NCBI GenBank assembly: GCA_027036135.1
Contig: JALVSY010000016.1
Coordinates: 352,001-416,000 of the forward strand
Source: Pyrodictiaceae archaeon
Lineage (GTDB): Archaea; Thermoproteota; Thermoprotei_A; Sulfolobales; Pyrodictiaceae
Reading direction: 5' to 3'
Length of the DNA: 64,000 bases
In this document: piece after piece, positions 30,387 to 41,502 of the stretch
How positions within the stretch are numbered: position 1 is the stretch's first letter
How the letters are laid out: each line of letters opens with the position of its first letter
Notes under the pieces: model-generated
Seen by the model: the letters and a program-made list of their open reading frames with translations, nothing else
Database searches by the model: none
Told to the model about the DNA's origin: nothing
Made by a program: the position numbers and the translations under genes

Positions 30387-30944
30387 TTAGGCGCTTCTTT
30401 TATGTCTAAGTTTCTCTGCGAGCTTGTCAACTGTTTTTCCACGAGCTTTGTCTCCGAGATCTAGGCCGCGTAGCACTATGCGGCCCTCCAATGTTAGCGG
30501 CCTATCTATGGCCTGGTACCGTTTGTGGAAGAACACGTAGCTGGCTGTGATGAGTACTAGGGTCGCGGTGACCGCTTCTAGGACGGGGATTAAGCCGCCT
30601 TCTAGGGGAGCGAGAACTATCTTCATGCTGAGGTTTGCCATCCTCATAAACACTAGTGCAGCTATGTTTAACATAAGGCCGAATAACATATAGAGATACG
30701 CTGCATGCCCGAGCCCCGGTAGTCTGCGTCCATACCTCTTTGCCAACTCGGCGTCATGCTTCCTACGGGCAATACTTCTCCCACTATTAATTGATAAAGC
30801 TACACCAATCAAGAGGATGACCAAGCTTAAATGCGGTATCAATTCTATATTGCTCCTCCGATATTCTCTATAATATTGTGCCTTAAGTAGGCTAGAGCTG
30901 GGTCTCCCTTTTAATAAGTAGCTATAATGACTAGTGCTACCCAC
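30387..30944 (-). CDS. Hypothetical membrane protein
   Basis: About three hydrophobic segments; start uncertain. Confidence 0.55.
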   Translation of the reverse strand: MGSTSHYSYLLKGRPSSSLLKAQYYREYRRSNIELIPHLSLVILLIGVALSINSGRSIARRKHDAELAKRYGRRLPGLGHAAYLYMLFGLMLNIAALVFMRMANLSMKIVLAPLEGGLIPVLEAVTATLVLITASYVFFHKRYQAIDRPLTLEGRIVLRGLDLGDKARGKTVDKLAEKLRHKRSA

Positions 30945-31043
30945 GCCTATGCGGGACTAAGGACAACTTATATTATGAATAGCGGAACGTATCGTTCCTC
31001 GGAACAGAAGAGGGACTCTAGCGTTATCGGAGGAGTAAGACAA

Positions 31044-31607
31044 ATGGCCCGTAGGAGACGGCTACGTATTAATCGAAAAACCCTGGTGGCAGTGGGTGGT
31101 ATACTCCTCATCGTTATATTCATAGTGGAGTATGTAGCGATGCTGGTCTCGGGCCACAGCTACGAAGTCGTAGTGTTCGCGCCAATGAATTACGAGTATG
31201 ATGCACAAGCGATAGCAAAAGAGGTATCGAAGACCCTTGGTATAAAGAAGTACCGGGTTAAGACGCTTAACGTAAACTTGTCGAACCCCTTGTTCGCTAT
31301 AGCCTTGTATGATAGGGGCGACCCTGTACTGGCCCTTCTCTACCCATTATCGCCTGATTTGCCGCGGATAGTGAGCTATGTGTTTAACCGCTTAGCATAT
31401 AGTGTCCCGCATAATGAGAGCTGGATACTGATAGTTAGTGGTAACTCGCTTCAACCAATACGTGTAAAGAGAAACCCAACAAGCTTCATTAATGACTTGG
31501 AGCAATTCTTTCAGCAGCTAAGCAGCCTAGAGAAAGCAACGCAAAACATGAACGTGACGGTGACCACGACGCATACAGCAACAAACGCGACGAATACGAC
31601 CAGGTAG
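31044..31607 (+). CDS. Hypothetical membrane-anchored protein
   Basis: GGAGG upstream of MARRRR, one TM helix, Thr-rich tail. Confidence 0.7.
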   Translation: MARRRRLRINRKTLVAVGGILLIVIFIVEYVAMLVSGHSYEVVVFAPMNYEYDAQAIAKEVSKTLGIKKYRVKTLNVNLSNPLFAIALYDRGDPVLALLYPLSPDLPRIVSYVFNRLAYSVPHNESWILIVSGNSLQPIRVKRNPTSFINDLEQFFQQLSSLEKATQNMNVTVTTTHTATNATNTTR

Positions 31608-31630
31608 TTTTCCTTCCTCGTTTTATCCCT

Positions 31631-32308
31631 CTAAAGAGCCTTAGCATGCTCTATTATGTAATCCGCAGCATCTACGAGGTTCTCGGCAATATAGTCGGCT
31701 TCTTCGACAACTCTGTCGTCGCTGGGGTTAACAGCTATTGCTAAACAAGCCTCCCTCATACCGCGTAGATCCCAGTAACTATCGCCCACGAAGGCCACGT
31801 TCCTCATACTGAGCCCTAGCTTCTTCGCGAGTTCTCTCACGGCTCGGTCCTTCCTGTCAGCCTCTAATCGTGGTTCTCCTCCGGGCACGAGGCGGCCCCA
31901 TGGATCATAGCTCAGCGCGGGGCAGACCCAGTGTCTTATGCCTAGGCGCTGAGCTATCATCTCAACGAGAACCTCTACGCCACCACTCACGAGTGCTAGT
32001 TCCAGGCCCTTGGAGCGCAGCTTCTCGATAGCTACTGGTGCCTCTGGGGAAGGATCAATGCTGCTAAAGAGGGCTTCTAGGTCCCACCTTGTTATGCCTG
32101 GCCTGGCCTCTATCCAGGCCAGTGTGTCTAGGTACATCCACTCCCAGTACCTTATAGCCCCTCTCATGAAGGCGTTGTAGTTCAGTTTGCTCTCCTCAGT
32201 AGTGCCTAGTTTCTCGTGTATATAGCCCCAGCTACTACGTATGGGTACTAGGACTCCGTCAACATCAAATACTACTAAGCGTATGCTGCAAGTCTTACGT
32301 GGGTTCAT
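31631..32308 (-). CDS. HAD-IB phosphatase (phosphoserine phosphatase-like)
   Basis: FDVDGVL, VSGG, K, VGDS..D motifs. Confidence 0.9.
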   Translation of the reverse strand: MNPRKTCSIRLVVFDVDGVLVPIRSSWGYIHEKLGTTEESKLNYNAFMRGAIRYWEWMYLDTLAWIEARPGITRWDLEALFSSIDPSPEAPVAIEKLRSKGLELALVSGGVEVLVEMIAQRLGIRHWVCPALSYDPWGRLVPGGEPRLEADRKDRAVRELAKKLGLSMRNVAFVGDSYWDLRGMREACLAIAVNPSDDRVVEEADYIAENLVDAADYIIEHAKAL

Positions 32309-32362
32309 GTAGTGTTCCTCCCACGGGCTCTGACGAGGGATGATTGAGCCAAGGCTTCTTAG

Positions 32363-33271
32363 TTACTCTGGCTTGTGGAACGATATGGCGGCATAGCCTA
32401 CGGCTATGTCTTCTTCCCCGGTTAGCTGGGCCGAGTTGTAGTACTTCAGCAGCCTTGGCTTGGCTCCAACGCTCTTAGCATACTCCATTAGTGCCGCTAT
32501 GGCTCCATAGCCGCATACTGTTGCCCCGGTATCAGTTAGGCGTTTGTAGAACCCCTCGGTGTCTAGCTCGAGGATGCGCTCTATTATTGAGAGGTCGAGC
32601 TTCGCTACATTCTCTGCAATGTTCTCGCTGAACACTATGTAGCCGTACATGTAGCCGTGGTGAGTGAAGTCAGAGGATGCTAGGAATACTATCCTTCTAC
32701 CAAGCGCCTTAGCTGCCTCAAGAATAGCGCTTGCCATGTCGCGGGCCATGCTGGGCGTGGCGTCCCGGACAGTTATTGGGACTATGGAGAACCCGTCGCC
32801 ATAGATGTATTGGAGGAAGGGTAGCTCCACCTCGATGCTGTGCTCCTCTAGGTGGGCTAGGTAGTCGTCAACCACGCGGCTAGTCCTCTTCATAATCTCG
32901 TCTATCAGCTCAAGGTCAACAGGAATCTCGCCCAGCGGCGTAAGCCACTTGGCAAACCGCTTAGTAGTCGTGAAGAATCCTCCGTAACCAGTGTGGTTAG
33001 TACCCAGTATAACAAAGGTATCCGGCGCAAGTGTGGTCTCAGCTAGCTCTAGGTAGAAGTGAGCAGCACATGGCCCGGAGTAACTATAGCCAGCGTGGGG
33101 CACGACGCCCCCTACTACGCAGCACTGGTCTCTCCGTGATAGAGGCTTGGGCAGCCTACCTGGACCGAAGCCTTCGCGGAGAAAGCTACTCTCAATAGCT
33201 CTTATCAATTCTCCACGGTCACTGGGATAAAACCCTATCATCGCAGCGTAGGGCTTCCTTACCTCAGTCAA
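32363..33271 (-). CDS. MEMO1 family protein
   Basis: PHAGYSYSG, GTNHTG, EHSIEVELPFLQ, SSDFTH, CGYG motifs. Confidence 0.93.
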   Translation of the reverse strand: MTEVRKPYAAMIGFYPSDRGELIRAIESSFLREGFGPGRLPKPLSRRDQCCVVGGVVPHAGYSYSGPCAAHFYLELAETTLAPDTFVILGTNHTGYGGFFTTTKRFAKWLTPLGEIPVDLELIDEIMKRTSRVVDDYLAHLEEHSIEVELPFLQYIYGDGFSIVPITVRDATPSMARDMASAILEAAKALGRRIVFLASSDFTHHGYMYGYIVFSENIAENVAKLDLSIIERILELDTEGFYKRLTDTGATVCGYGAIAALMEYAKSVGAKPRLLKYYNSAQLTGEEDIAVGYAAISFHKPE

Positions 33272-33366
33272 TGCAGAGTCACCTAGCTCCTAGTCCCCGA
33301 GGATAGTATTGTTCAGTGACTTGTTGAAAATAGTTACTGGGAAGAGGATTACTCCTAGAGGAATAG

Positions 33367-34503
33367 CTACTCGTAGATCCTGCCCTTGTCTAGCTCGCCT
33401 AGTAGCTCGTCTAGGTTCAGCAGCCCTATGCCCACGAAGGTGTCGCTAGCCCCATAGGATATCACGTAGTTCCGGCCCTCCAGCGGCCATATGCCGCACG
33501 GGAACACCACGTATGGACGGTCGCCGAATATCTCCCAGAGCCTCTGGGGAGCCATTATGTAGTGAGGCGTAACGGCCTTTACGACTACTTCATCGGGTTT
33601 TAGCTCTAGCTCGGCGGCGAATACGCGGTAAGCCTGTAGCTCCTCGTCAACCCCGTGGATCAGTACGACGACGCTATCCCGCCCAGTCCTTATGGGCGGA
33701 GTAGCCCAGCCAATCTTTGTCTCGAACCCAGCGGGGCGGAGGACCTCGAACCCATCGCTCACCTCTACCCGCTCCGGGCAGTCATCATCCCTCCTCTTTT
33801 CCACGATGTTGCTTGGCAGCTTGCTCACTACTGTGAAGAACTCCTCGCTGTCCATGTGGAGGCGCTGGAATAGGTACAGCTCATCGCCCTGCCTGTATAG
33901 GAAGGCGTCCTTGTTGCTCACGAGGTGCTTTTGCAAACCCCCGGCAAGCGTGTAAGCGTGTATCTTGACCCACCTGGGCTGCCCATCGTCTCCCTCTTCC
34001 CGTACAGCTGTTACTGGTAATGTGCGCTCGTTCCCGGGCCGGAAATAGTTAACAGTGCGCCCCGTGTACGTCATGTAGAGCCGCTTGTCTCCCTCTAGCT
34101 GGTAGACCCTGGGATCCTCAGCCCCCCATAGGTCGTAGCGGGTTGATGGGTAAATAACAATCCTCCCAGTATAGATGTTAAGGTTTATGTCACCGTTATG
34201 TATATCCTCGAGGGGAATAGGTATCTCTATCACACTGGAGACGTACATGTAGTACCCGGCCACTATCCTGGCATAGAGTACGAGGAATTCTCCCTCCTCT
34301 GTTCTCTCAACGGTGACAGCTGAGTTAAACACTGTGACAGGATGATGCACGGGATAACCATTAATGACTACGTGCTCCCGGTTAAGAACGCCCAGTCGCC
34401 TAACAATGTCGCGCGTCTCGAACCGCCTAAGCCTAGAGGCATCCCACATACCAGTTGCTCTCCTGAAGAGCGAGGAGTAGCCAGGAGAAGCAGGCCTAGT
34501 CAT
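33367..34503 (-). CDS. GH130-like glycosidase/phosphorylase
   Basis: VFNS, EDPRV, NKD, KIGW..PP, VVFPCG, YGASD motifs. Confidence 0.88.
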   Translation of the reverse strand: MTRPASPGYSSLFRRATGMWDASRLRRFETRDIVRRLGVLNREHVVINGYPVHHPVTVFNSAVTVERTEEGEFLVLYARIVAGYYMYVSSVIEIPIPLEDIHNGDINLNIYTGRIVIYPSTRYDLWGAEDPRVYQLEGDKRLYMTYTGRTVNYFRPGNERTLPVTAVREEGDDGQPRWVKIHAYTLAGGLQKHLVSNKDAFLYRQGDELYLFQRLHMDSEEFFTVVSKLPSNIVEKRRDDDCPERVEVSDGFEVLRPAGFETKIGWATPPIRTGRDSVVVLIHGVDEELQAYRVFAAELELKPDEVVVKAVTPHYIMAPQRLWEIFGDRPYVVFPCGIWPLEGRNYVISYGASDTFVGIGLLNLDELLGELDKGRIYE

Positions 34504-34646
34504 GGTGAATTACTCCTCCCAATTACCAAGCCATTCTTCATGATTACTGGGGGTTAATAGATAGAAGGGTCTTGGTAAACAAAACACGGCTAAGGAGCCA
34601 CGAAAAGGCCTCAGCGAGGAGAGCCGGGTTGCGCGCCCAGTGGAGA

Positions 34647-35468
34647 ATGGTAGAGTTCGCTGACTACCGAGAACCAAGTGGGAGAGCCTTATCAAGGATA
34701 GCTATAGTCTATGGGCCCCTGCACTCAAGACGCAGAGGCTTCTCACTCGGAATAAACCTGTTCCCGGGACCAAGTATCTGTAGCTTTAACTGCATATACT
34801 GTTTCCGCGGCGGAGCTCAGCGCCACTTGGCCAGCGTTGAGAGGGACGAGGCAGGCCTAGACCCGGACAAGGTGATTAGAGCCATTAGCTACGCGCTCCG
34901 AAGACTGGGCAGCGATGCTGAGAAGCTACGAGCAATAGATTTCTCTGGCAACGGCGAGCCAACTCTTCATCCACGTTTCGCTGAGATAGTGAGAGCAGTA
35001 CGAGAATACATAGATAGTAAAGGGATGGGGATAAGCCTTGGTCTCTTCACTAACTCTTCGAGGCTCTGTGGCCCGGCGGTGCGCGAGGCTCTCCCATACC
35101 TTGACCACGTAGAGGCCAAGCCGGACACAGTGGTGACCTGGAAGTTCCGCGTAATAAATCAGCCAGCACCCGGCGTAGAGCTACACGATATGCTGGAGTG
35201 CCTAGCTATGCTCCGTGGCCTCTTCCACGGCACCGTAGCTCTACAAGTAATACTGCTCGAGACGGACGGCTTCGCTAACTACTGGCCCTGGGACGCGGAA
35301 CAATTAGCAAGCCTAGCTGAGAAGATTAGCCCGGACAGAGTCAATCTCTACACCGTATACGCGCCACCCCGACAAAAAGCTGTGAGAAAAGCACCCAAGC
35401 CGCAAATGGAGAGATACGCCGCCATACTAAGGGGGCACGGGCTATGAGTACACATCTACTCTGAATAG
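34647..35468 (+). CDS. Radical SAM protein (COG0731 family), paralog of 15538-16500
   Basis: YGPLHSRRRGFSLGIN, CSFNCIYC, SGNGEPTLHP. TGA at 35445-35447 may cut off a short VHIYSE tail that ends at 35468. Confidence 0.85.
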
Positions 35469-35865
35469 CAGTAGGACAAATCATATTGTGGTTAAGGACT
35501 GTTTAATCTTACTCGTTCAAATCGCGGTAATTAGGATTTCTCGTTCTTGGCGTCGTTCCTAGGATCACTGTGCTCTAGATCTTTTAAGACAGCCTCGGAC
35601 TAAGCCGCAGTAACTTCACGATATTAGTTACTTGTTGCAGCCTCATAAAATGTTAGAAATTGAAAAGCGGCTTCTCGAGAATCTTTCTGTGTGAGTTCTC
35701 TAGTCACACTCTTCATGATATTATGTGATACATGCTCGTCGCAGTCACTTAGTGTTACTAAGCTACCAAGAGCTTATGAATATTTGTCGTGGCACAATAT
35801 TATATTCGACGCTAACATTTTACTACTACACTACCCTAGTAAACTCGACAAGAGGGGCCCCTAGC

Positions 35866-36225
35866 TTGGCTGAAGAGGCTGTATTGTCTACTGTACTCAG
35901 CCAGGTCTCTAAGAAGATATTGGAGAAGCTAGAGAAGGGAAAGCGGCTTAGCACGGAGGATCTACTATTGTTATATCTCGACCTCATGCACAAGGAGATG
36001 CGAGAAATAAGAGAGGAAATAAGGGAGACCAATAGGAGAATAGATGAGACCAATAAACGAATAGACAAAGTGCAGGAAGTATTATCTGCGAGAATAGACA
36101 AGGTACGGGAGTCTCTATCGGTAAGGATAGACCACGTACAGGAGACGCTCCTAGCAAAGATAGAAGAGGTTAATAAAAGGATAGACGAGCTATACAAGTT
36201 ATATGCAGAGCTAAAAAGACCATAG
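35866..36225 (+). CDS. Small coiled-coil protein (paREP-like repeats)
   Basis: Repeats of ETNRRID/ETNKRID/LSARID; TTG start after GAGGGG. Confidence 0.75.
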   Translation: MAEEAVLSTVLSQVSKKILEKLEKGKRLSTEDLLLLYLDLMHKEMREIREEIRETNRRIDETNKRIDKVQEVLSARIDKVRESLSVRIDHVQETLLAKIEEVNKRIDELYKLYAELKRP

Positions 36226-36672
36226 TACTGGCTAGCAATGGTTCACGGCTCGTCACAAATTACTTAGCAAGACCCCAGCATAAGGGGACACGGTTAGCTC
36301 TAGGTAGTTCCGAGCAGGATTGGTACGGAAAAGTGGTTCTGCAACCTCTTCATCGTCCATCTCAGCATTAGCTCTTTCTATGGTCTCTGTGCTCTAAGGT
36401 TCCCTTGCGAAGTTCCTGGTATCCGGCTTCACGCCGCGCTTTCCCCGGCTATGCTGTTGCTTATTAGAACGCAACCTATGTTATGCCTGGTTGCTTACTA
36501 AGCCATGGCTAAGAGAGAACTATGTATGTTAGTAATGGGGCTCTAAATCATACAGTTAAGGCCATGCGGTGTCCTTCTTGGAGCACATAGCTATTATTAA
36601 GCAAAATACGTATGGACGCTACAAGCAATAGTACCTTTGCACCCCTATTCTGAGTACACGGGTTCCCTAGGG

Positions 36673-37383
36673 ATGCCCGAAATATACATCGGTACATCTG
36701 GCTGGCTATACGACTGGAACCTAGGCGGCAACCTAGACTGGTATGTACAGCATAGTGGGCTTAACGCGGTTGAGCTTAATGCTTCCTTCTATCGCTTCCC
36801 ATACCCGAGCCAGGTCAGATCGTGGGCTAGGAAGGGCAGGAAGCTAAGGTGGAGCATAAAGATCCACCGCTCCATAAGCCATACGAGGCGCTTGAACGAG
36901 AAAGCCCTGCCGATATGGAACCGTTTCTACGAACTCTTCGCGCCAATGGAGAAGGAGAGGATAATTGATTTCTACTTACTGCAGCTCCCCCCGAGCTTCG
37001 ATACCAGAAAAGAATACGTGGAGAGATTGAGGAGGTTTGCTAACTATACGGGGCTCGGCGAGAGACTAGCGATCGAGTTCCGCCACTCATCGTGGCTCGA
37101 TACCGGGAAGGGCGTGGAGCTGTGCAGGGAGCTAGGCGCCACCTTTGTCTCCATAGACGCTCCTATAGGAACGTACATAGAGCATAGCAACGGCACAGTG
37201 TATCTCAGGATACATGGGAGGCTGTACTGGTACGCCCATGACTACAGTATAGAGGAGCTCGCCGAGCTAGCGGAGAAAATCCTGGGCCTGCATTCCCGCC
37301 GCATCTACGTCTTCTTCAACAACGATCACTGGATGCTCGAGAACGCGAGAACAATGAAACAGATATTGCTAAAAATGAGCTAG
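36673..37383 (+). CDS. DUF72 family protein
   Basis: IGTSGW, VELNASFY, QLPPSF, IEFRH.SW, YLRIHG, YVFFNND. Confidence 0.92.
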   Translation: MPEIYIGTSGWLYDWNLGGNLDWYVQHSGLNAVELNASFYRFPYPSQVRSWARKGRKLRWSIKIHRSISHTRRLNEKALPIWNRFYELFAPMEKERIIDFYLLQLPPSFDTRKEYVERLRRFANYTGLGERLAIEFRHSSWLDTGKGVELCRELGATFVSIDAPIGTYIEHSNGTVYLRIHGRLYWYAHDYSIEELAELAEKILGLHSRRIYVFFNNDHWMLENARTMKQILLKMS

Positions 37384-38747
37384 TGCGTCTCCATCCACTT
37401 AATAGCTTTTATGAACCAGCCTATGTCGTGGTAACCCATGGATATCAACATGTATTTACTGCCTTGCCTCCATATTACAATACCTGGTGTACCACGTATA
37501 CCTACGTCTTGCGCGTGTTGAATTGATAGCTCAACGTATTTTGCAGCTGGGCAGGATGGTGTAATGTTGAATTCTTTTTCCAATTTCTTTATTATTGTTG
37601 CTAGTTTTTGCTCGGCTTTCCCGCTTAATATATAACTATATATCTCCTTATATGTTGAATATAATATATTGTAGTAACTCCAAGCATTGTGTGTCTTATT
37701 ATAGTAGCATAGCATAAGTTTATGGAATTCAAATTCTACTTGAGAGTTGTGTACAGGTAGATCAAGTATGTGAATTGTTATTGTGTTGTTTTTAGCGTAT
37801 TGAATTAGCTTAGGCATGACACTAATGTAGAGCTTTGCACAGAAGGGGCACATTATGTCGTCGAAGATGGCTATATGTATCTTGCCGTGTCCTAGCGCAG
37901 GGTGCTTGTCTAAGTAAGGTATCGGCTTGTACTTTATTAGTGCGGCCGGTACGAGGCCTAGCCCAGCTAGTAGCTCTGCAAGGCTATCCTTGTAGTCATA
38001 GTATATGCCTGGCGCTACTTCCCGGAGGTCGGGATTATACTTTGCTAGGTCGGCGTCGCTTTCTGCATAGACAGCAGGATACTCGTCTGGTACTATGTTT
38101 GCGGGCGGCTTGTTGACTACTCGTATATCTTTTATATCGGCGACGAAGATGGCTGATAGCGCTACGGCAAGCCTACCTTTAGCGACTTCAAGGTATTTCT
38201 CGTTAACTTGCGTTCCTGGGGCATTGCCGTTAACTATTATTATCTTTGCCTCGTGGGTGTATCTTGGCGCTCCCTTGCCTAGGTACATTCCTAGCTGTGT
38301 AGCAAAGGAGGCAAAGTAGTCATATCTGAACGGTATGTAGCCGCCGGGCAACGTCTCGTTGAGGACGAAGTCCCGGAGCTTGCCTTTTATCTCACTCATG
38401 TTTATCTTGAACACTAGTGCCGGGTACATTGGTAGACTTGTTAACCCGGTCTCCTTGGCGCTGAGAGCACAGAACTTTGTACCTGGTGGTAGATTACTCG
38501 CTAATTGTTTCTCAACGTACTGGAGAAGTGTGTCCGCGAAATCTTTTTCCCCCTTCTCATATACTATTATAGCTGATGGGCCCTTTAAGCACGCCTCTAG
38601 GCTGGGTTGCTGCGTCGTTGTTGTGGTCACTTTTTCTCCCTTCGTGGCAGAGGAGCTCTTGCTCATTAATAAGTAGGCTGCTATACCACCTACAACTATG
38701 ACTGCGACTAGGACACTGATAACTAGTGTCTTGGACAGGGCTCTCAA
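37380..38747 (-). CDS. Membrane-anchored DsbA/thioredoxin-domain protein
   Basis: N-terminal TM helix, D..CPFC active site, GIRGTP cis-Pro loop. Confidence 0.8.
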   Translation of the reverse strand: MRALSKTLVISVLVAVIVVGGIAAYLLMSKSSSATKGEKVTTTTTQQPSLEACLKGPSAIIVYEKGEKDFADTLLQYVEKQLASNLPPGTKFCALSAKETGLTSLPMYPALVFKINMSEIKGKLRDFVLNETLPGGYIPFRYDYFASFATQLGMYLGKGAPRYTHEAKIIIVNGNAPGTQVNEKYLEVAKGRLAVALSAIFVADIKDIRVVNKPPANIVPDEYPAVYAESDADLAKYNPDLREVAPGIYYDYKDSLAELLAGLGLVPAALIKYKPIPYLDKHPALGHGKIHIAIFDDIMCPFCAKLYISVMPKLIQYAKNNTITIHILDLPVHNSQVEFEFHKLMLCYYNKTHNAWSYYNILYSTYKEIYSYILSGKAEQKLATIIKKLEKEFNITPSCPAAKYVELSIQHAQDVGIRGTPGIVIWRQGSKYMLISMGYHDIGWFIKAIKWMETH

Positions 38748-38975
38748 GGCGTGTTATCCCCTTTCCCGGGATTATTCCTCGGTGAGAAACGTGCAAGTGC
38801 CCCCTCTTGTATGTTCCTCTCCTTTATTGTAATTATTTTTAGTTATTTTTGAAAATTTTTGTTTTACGGTTGTATCAGTGGGATTCGTGGCAGTATTTTT
38901 TACCTACAAAGGCTATTCAGTCTCTTTTGTCTCGGGGTACAAAGATATAATAGGTTTAAAAGGTGTGTTTATCTC

Positions 38976-40505
38976 TTGCCTATTGGGGAAATATTTAGAC
39001 ATGATACAATCAAGAAGATAATATTAAAGTATAAGACTATTTGGGCGCTTGGACATGCAATGGCGCTAATGGGCTGGGATTTAGAGACTTATATGCCCCA
39101 AGATGGTATAAAAGACAGATCAGAAGCATTTGCGGAACTTGAGGCGCTACGGCAGAGATTGGTGAAGGACCCAGAGTTAGAAAAATTGGTAAACGAGGCA
39201 GAGAAGGATAGTGGCTCCCTTAACGATTATGAACGCGGCGTAGTTAGAGTTATGAAGAGAACTATAAGGATAGCTAAGGCTATACCAGAGGAACTCATAA
39301 GGCGCGAGGCAAAGGTGACTAGTGAGGCTACGGTTGTTTGGAAAAGAGCTAAAAGTAAGGCTAACTTTGACCTATTTAAGCCGTACCTAGAACAGATAGT
39401 TGAGATACAGAGAGAAAAGGCGGAGAAATTAGGCTACGAGGAGCATCCCTACGATGCATTACTGGATTTGTATGAGGAGGGTCTCCGTACTAGAGATGTT
39501 GAGAAAATTTTCAACGAACTAGTCCCTGCAACAAAGAAAATACTAGAAGCTATACGTTCTATGGGTTTCTATCCAAGTCACCATCCATTAGAAGATAGAG
39601 AGTATGATATTGACGCAGCGCAGCAGCTTATAAGAGACATACTTGTCGGATTCGAGTGGCCGTGGAACCGAGGCAGGGTAGACGAATCAGCACACCCATT
39701 CACTATAGAGATGGGGGTAAACGACATCAGGATAACAGTTAGATACGAAGGCCGCGACATCAAGCGAGCAGTCTATAGCCTAGTACACGAGTACGGCCAC
39801 GCACTCTACGAGCTACAGGTAGACCCAAGGCTAGCACACACCCCGATAGGCGGCGGCGTGAGCATGGGGATACACGAGGGCCAGTCAAGGTTCTGGGAAA
39901 ACATAGTAGGCCGCGGACCATGGTTCATCAAGTGGCTCAAGGAGAGACTAGACAAGCACATAGGCTACACAAAGAGCTACGACCCAGTAGAGATCTACCG
40001 CTACGTAAACACTGTTAGGCCAGATCTCATAAGGGTAGATGCAGACGAGGTCACCTACAACCTCCACATATACCTACGCTTCGACATAGAGAAGAAACTA
40101 ATAGAGGGAACACTACACCCATCAGAAGTACCAATGTACTGGGACAACAAGATAGAAGAACTACTAGGGGTAAGACCAAGAAACGTCGCAGAGGGAGCAC
40201 TACAGGATATACACTGGAGCCACGGAAGCATAGGATACTTCCCAACCTACACCCTAGGCAACGTAGTGGCAGCAGCAATGTGGACCCGCATGGGAGGTCC
40301 CGATTCAGAGCTTTTGCGAAAACTAAAACTACGAAGCATACGCAACTGGTTAAAAGAGAGAATACACCAATGGGGAGCAACCTATGCCCCTAAGGAACTA
40401 CTGCGGAGAAGCCTAGGAGTAGAACTAACAGCAAAATACCTAGTAGAATACCTCGAATGGAAATACCTAGAGTTGCCAAACAAGCTCAATGAATATATAG
40501 CATAG
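38976..40505 (+). CDS. Thermostable carboxypeptidase, family M32
   Basis: HPF, HEYGH, HEGQS, IRVDADE, DIHW, GYFPTYTLG motifs. Confidence 0.95.
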   Translation: MPIGEIFRHDTIKKIILKYKTIWALGHAMALMGWDLETYMPQDGIKDRSEAFAELEALRQRLVKDPELEKLVNEAEKDSGSLNDYERGVVRVMKRTIRIAKAIPEELIRREAKVTSEATVVWKRAKSKANFDLFKPYLEQIVEIQREKAEKLGYEEHPYDALLDLYEEGLRTRDVEKIFNELVPATKKILEAIRSMGFYPSHHPLEDREYDIDAAQQLIRDILVGFEWPWNRGRVDESAHPFTIEMGVNDIRITVRYEGRDIKRAVYSLVHEYGHALYELQVDPRLAHTPIGGGVSMGIHEGQSRFWENIVGRGPWFIKWLKERLDKHIGYTKSYDPVEIYRYVNTVRPDLIRVDADEVTYNLHIYLRFDIEKKLIEGTLHPSEVPMYWDNKIEELLGVRPRNVAEGALQDIHWSHGSIGYFPTYTLGNVVAAAMWTRMGGPDSELLRKLKLRSIRNWLKERIHQWGATYAPKELLRRSLGVELTAKYLVEYLEWKYLELPNKLNEYIA

Positions 40506-40615
40506 AAGTTAGGAAACTCAACGCCTAGAGCACCACGGCCTCTCAACGATATGTCTACCGGTGTATTGTTTTTATAACACATCTTCCACAATATACTCAA
40601 TATATGCGTGTAATC

Positions 40616-41082
40616 ATGAGCGCGAAAGAGGAGATTAGAAAGCTAGGTGGAAGATTAGATATGTCCCTCACGAAATTATCCAGGACTTCAACGCCTGCTA
40701 CAGAGTCAAGTACAAGGAGGAAATAATCTATCCTCCAGCAGCAGATAGACTCGACATACCATTAAACGAGATATGGCTATCCGAGCGGCTAAGAGACTAC
40801 GAGGAATATGTACTGTTTCACGAGCTTCGAGAAATAATGCATAGGTATCAAGGCTATGATACTAAGGAGGCACATCTTAGAGCCAGAATAGATGAGGCAA
40901 AAAGGTTCCGCAACGAACCTAAATGGATAAAGATACTTTGAAGGATTCCCGGATTATAGCGTCCCTCTTCGCTGCCTAAAGAACTATGCGAAGCTATAAG
41001 AAGCGGCATAAAGACCTCAAACGTGCTCTTCAAAATACTAGTGAAATGTATTAAGAGACCAAAGGAGGTCGCTGAGCCATAA
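40616..41082 (+). pseudogene. Frameshifted gene remnant with HExxE motif
   Basis: MSAKEEIRKLG, frameshift, WKIRYVPHE...YVLFHELRE...AH, then further frameshifts to ..KRPKEVAEP*. Confidence 0.6.
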
Positions 41083-41228
41083 ATAACCCGGGGGTTCTTA
41101 GCAAGTTCTTTGCAACAAAAATGCAACTCATTATACTTTGCTATTTAGTGTTCCACGGGAAGGGCGTCAAACCATCGCCTCTAGGGCGGCAATGCAATCT
41201 ATATGTAGCGTCTAAGAGGATATTAGTT

Positions 41229-41486
41229 ATGGAGTTTACAGCTAAGTACCTGGGTACTAGAGCCTTGTCGGCCTCAACTAGTAGAAGTATAAAGCTGGTC
41301 AAGCCTGGTGAGCTGGACCGGGTTCCACCCGGTTATTGGGCTGCTATTATTGATGGCAAGGTGGTTGCTTGGGCTAAGAGTCTTCAAGAGCTATTAATGA
41401 TCATGGAGAGCAAGGGGTACAAGAAAGGCGAGTATGCAGTAGTAAAGGTTCCACCAGACGAGCTATTAGTGGCCGTAGCAGGTTAA
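41229..41486 (+). CDS. Small DUF5678-like protein
   Basis: GYWAAIIDGKVVA...LQEL pattern; typically found upstream of aspartyl-protease-like genes. Confidence 0.6.
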   Translation: MEFTAKYLGTRALSASTSRSIKLVKPGELDRVPPGYWAAIIDGKVVAWAKSLQELLMIMESKGYKKGEYAVVKVPPDELLVAVAG

Positions 41487-41502
41487 GTAGGAGATAACAG
41501 CT

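Noticed and set aside
32305-32365. CTGA..ATGATT and GGCTC/GAGCC stem as a C/D sRNA
   Set aside because: The C and D boxes are poor and the element would overlap the flanking genes.
41169-41192. AAACCATCGCCTCTAGGGCGG resembling an IS200/IS605-type end hairpin
   Set aside because: It is short and degenerate, with no transposase or tnpB nearby.
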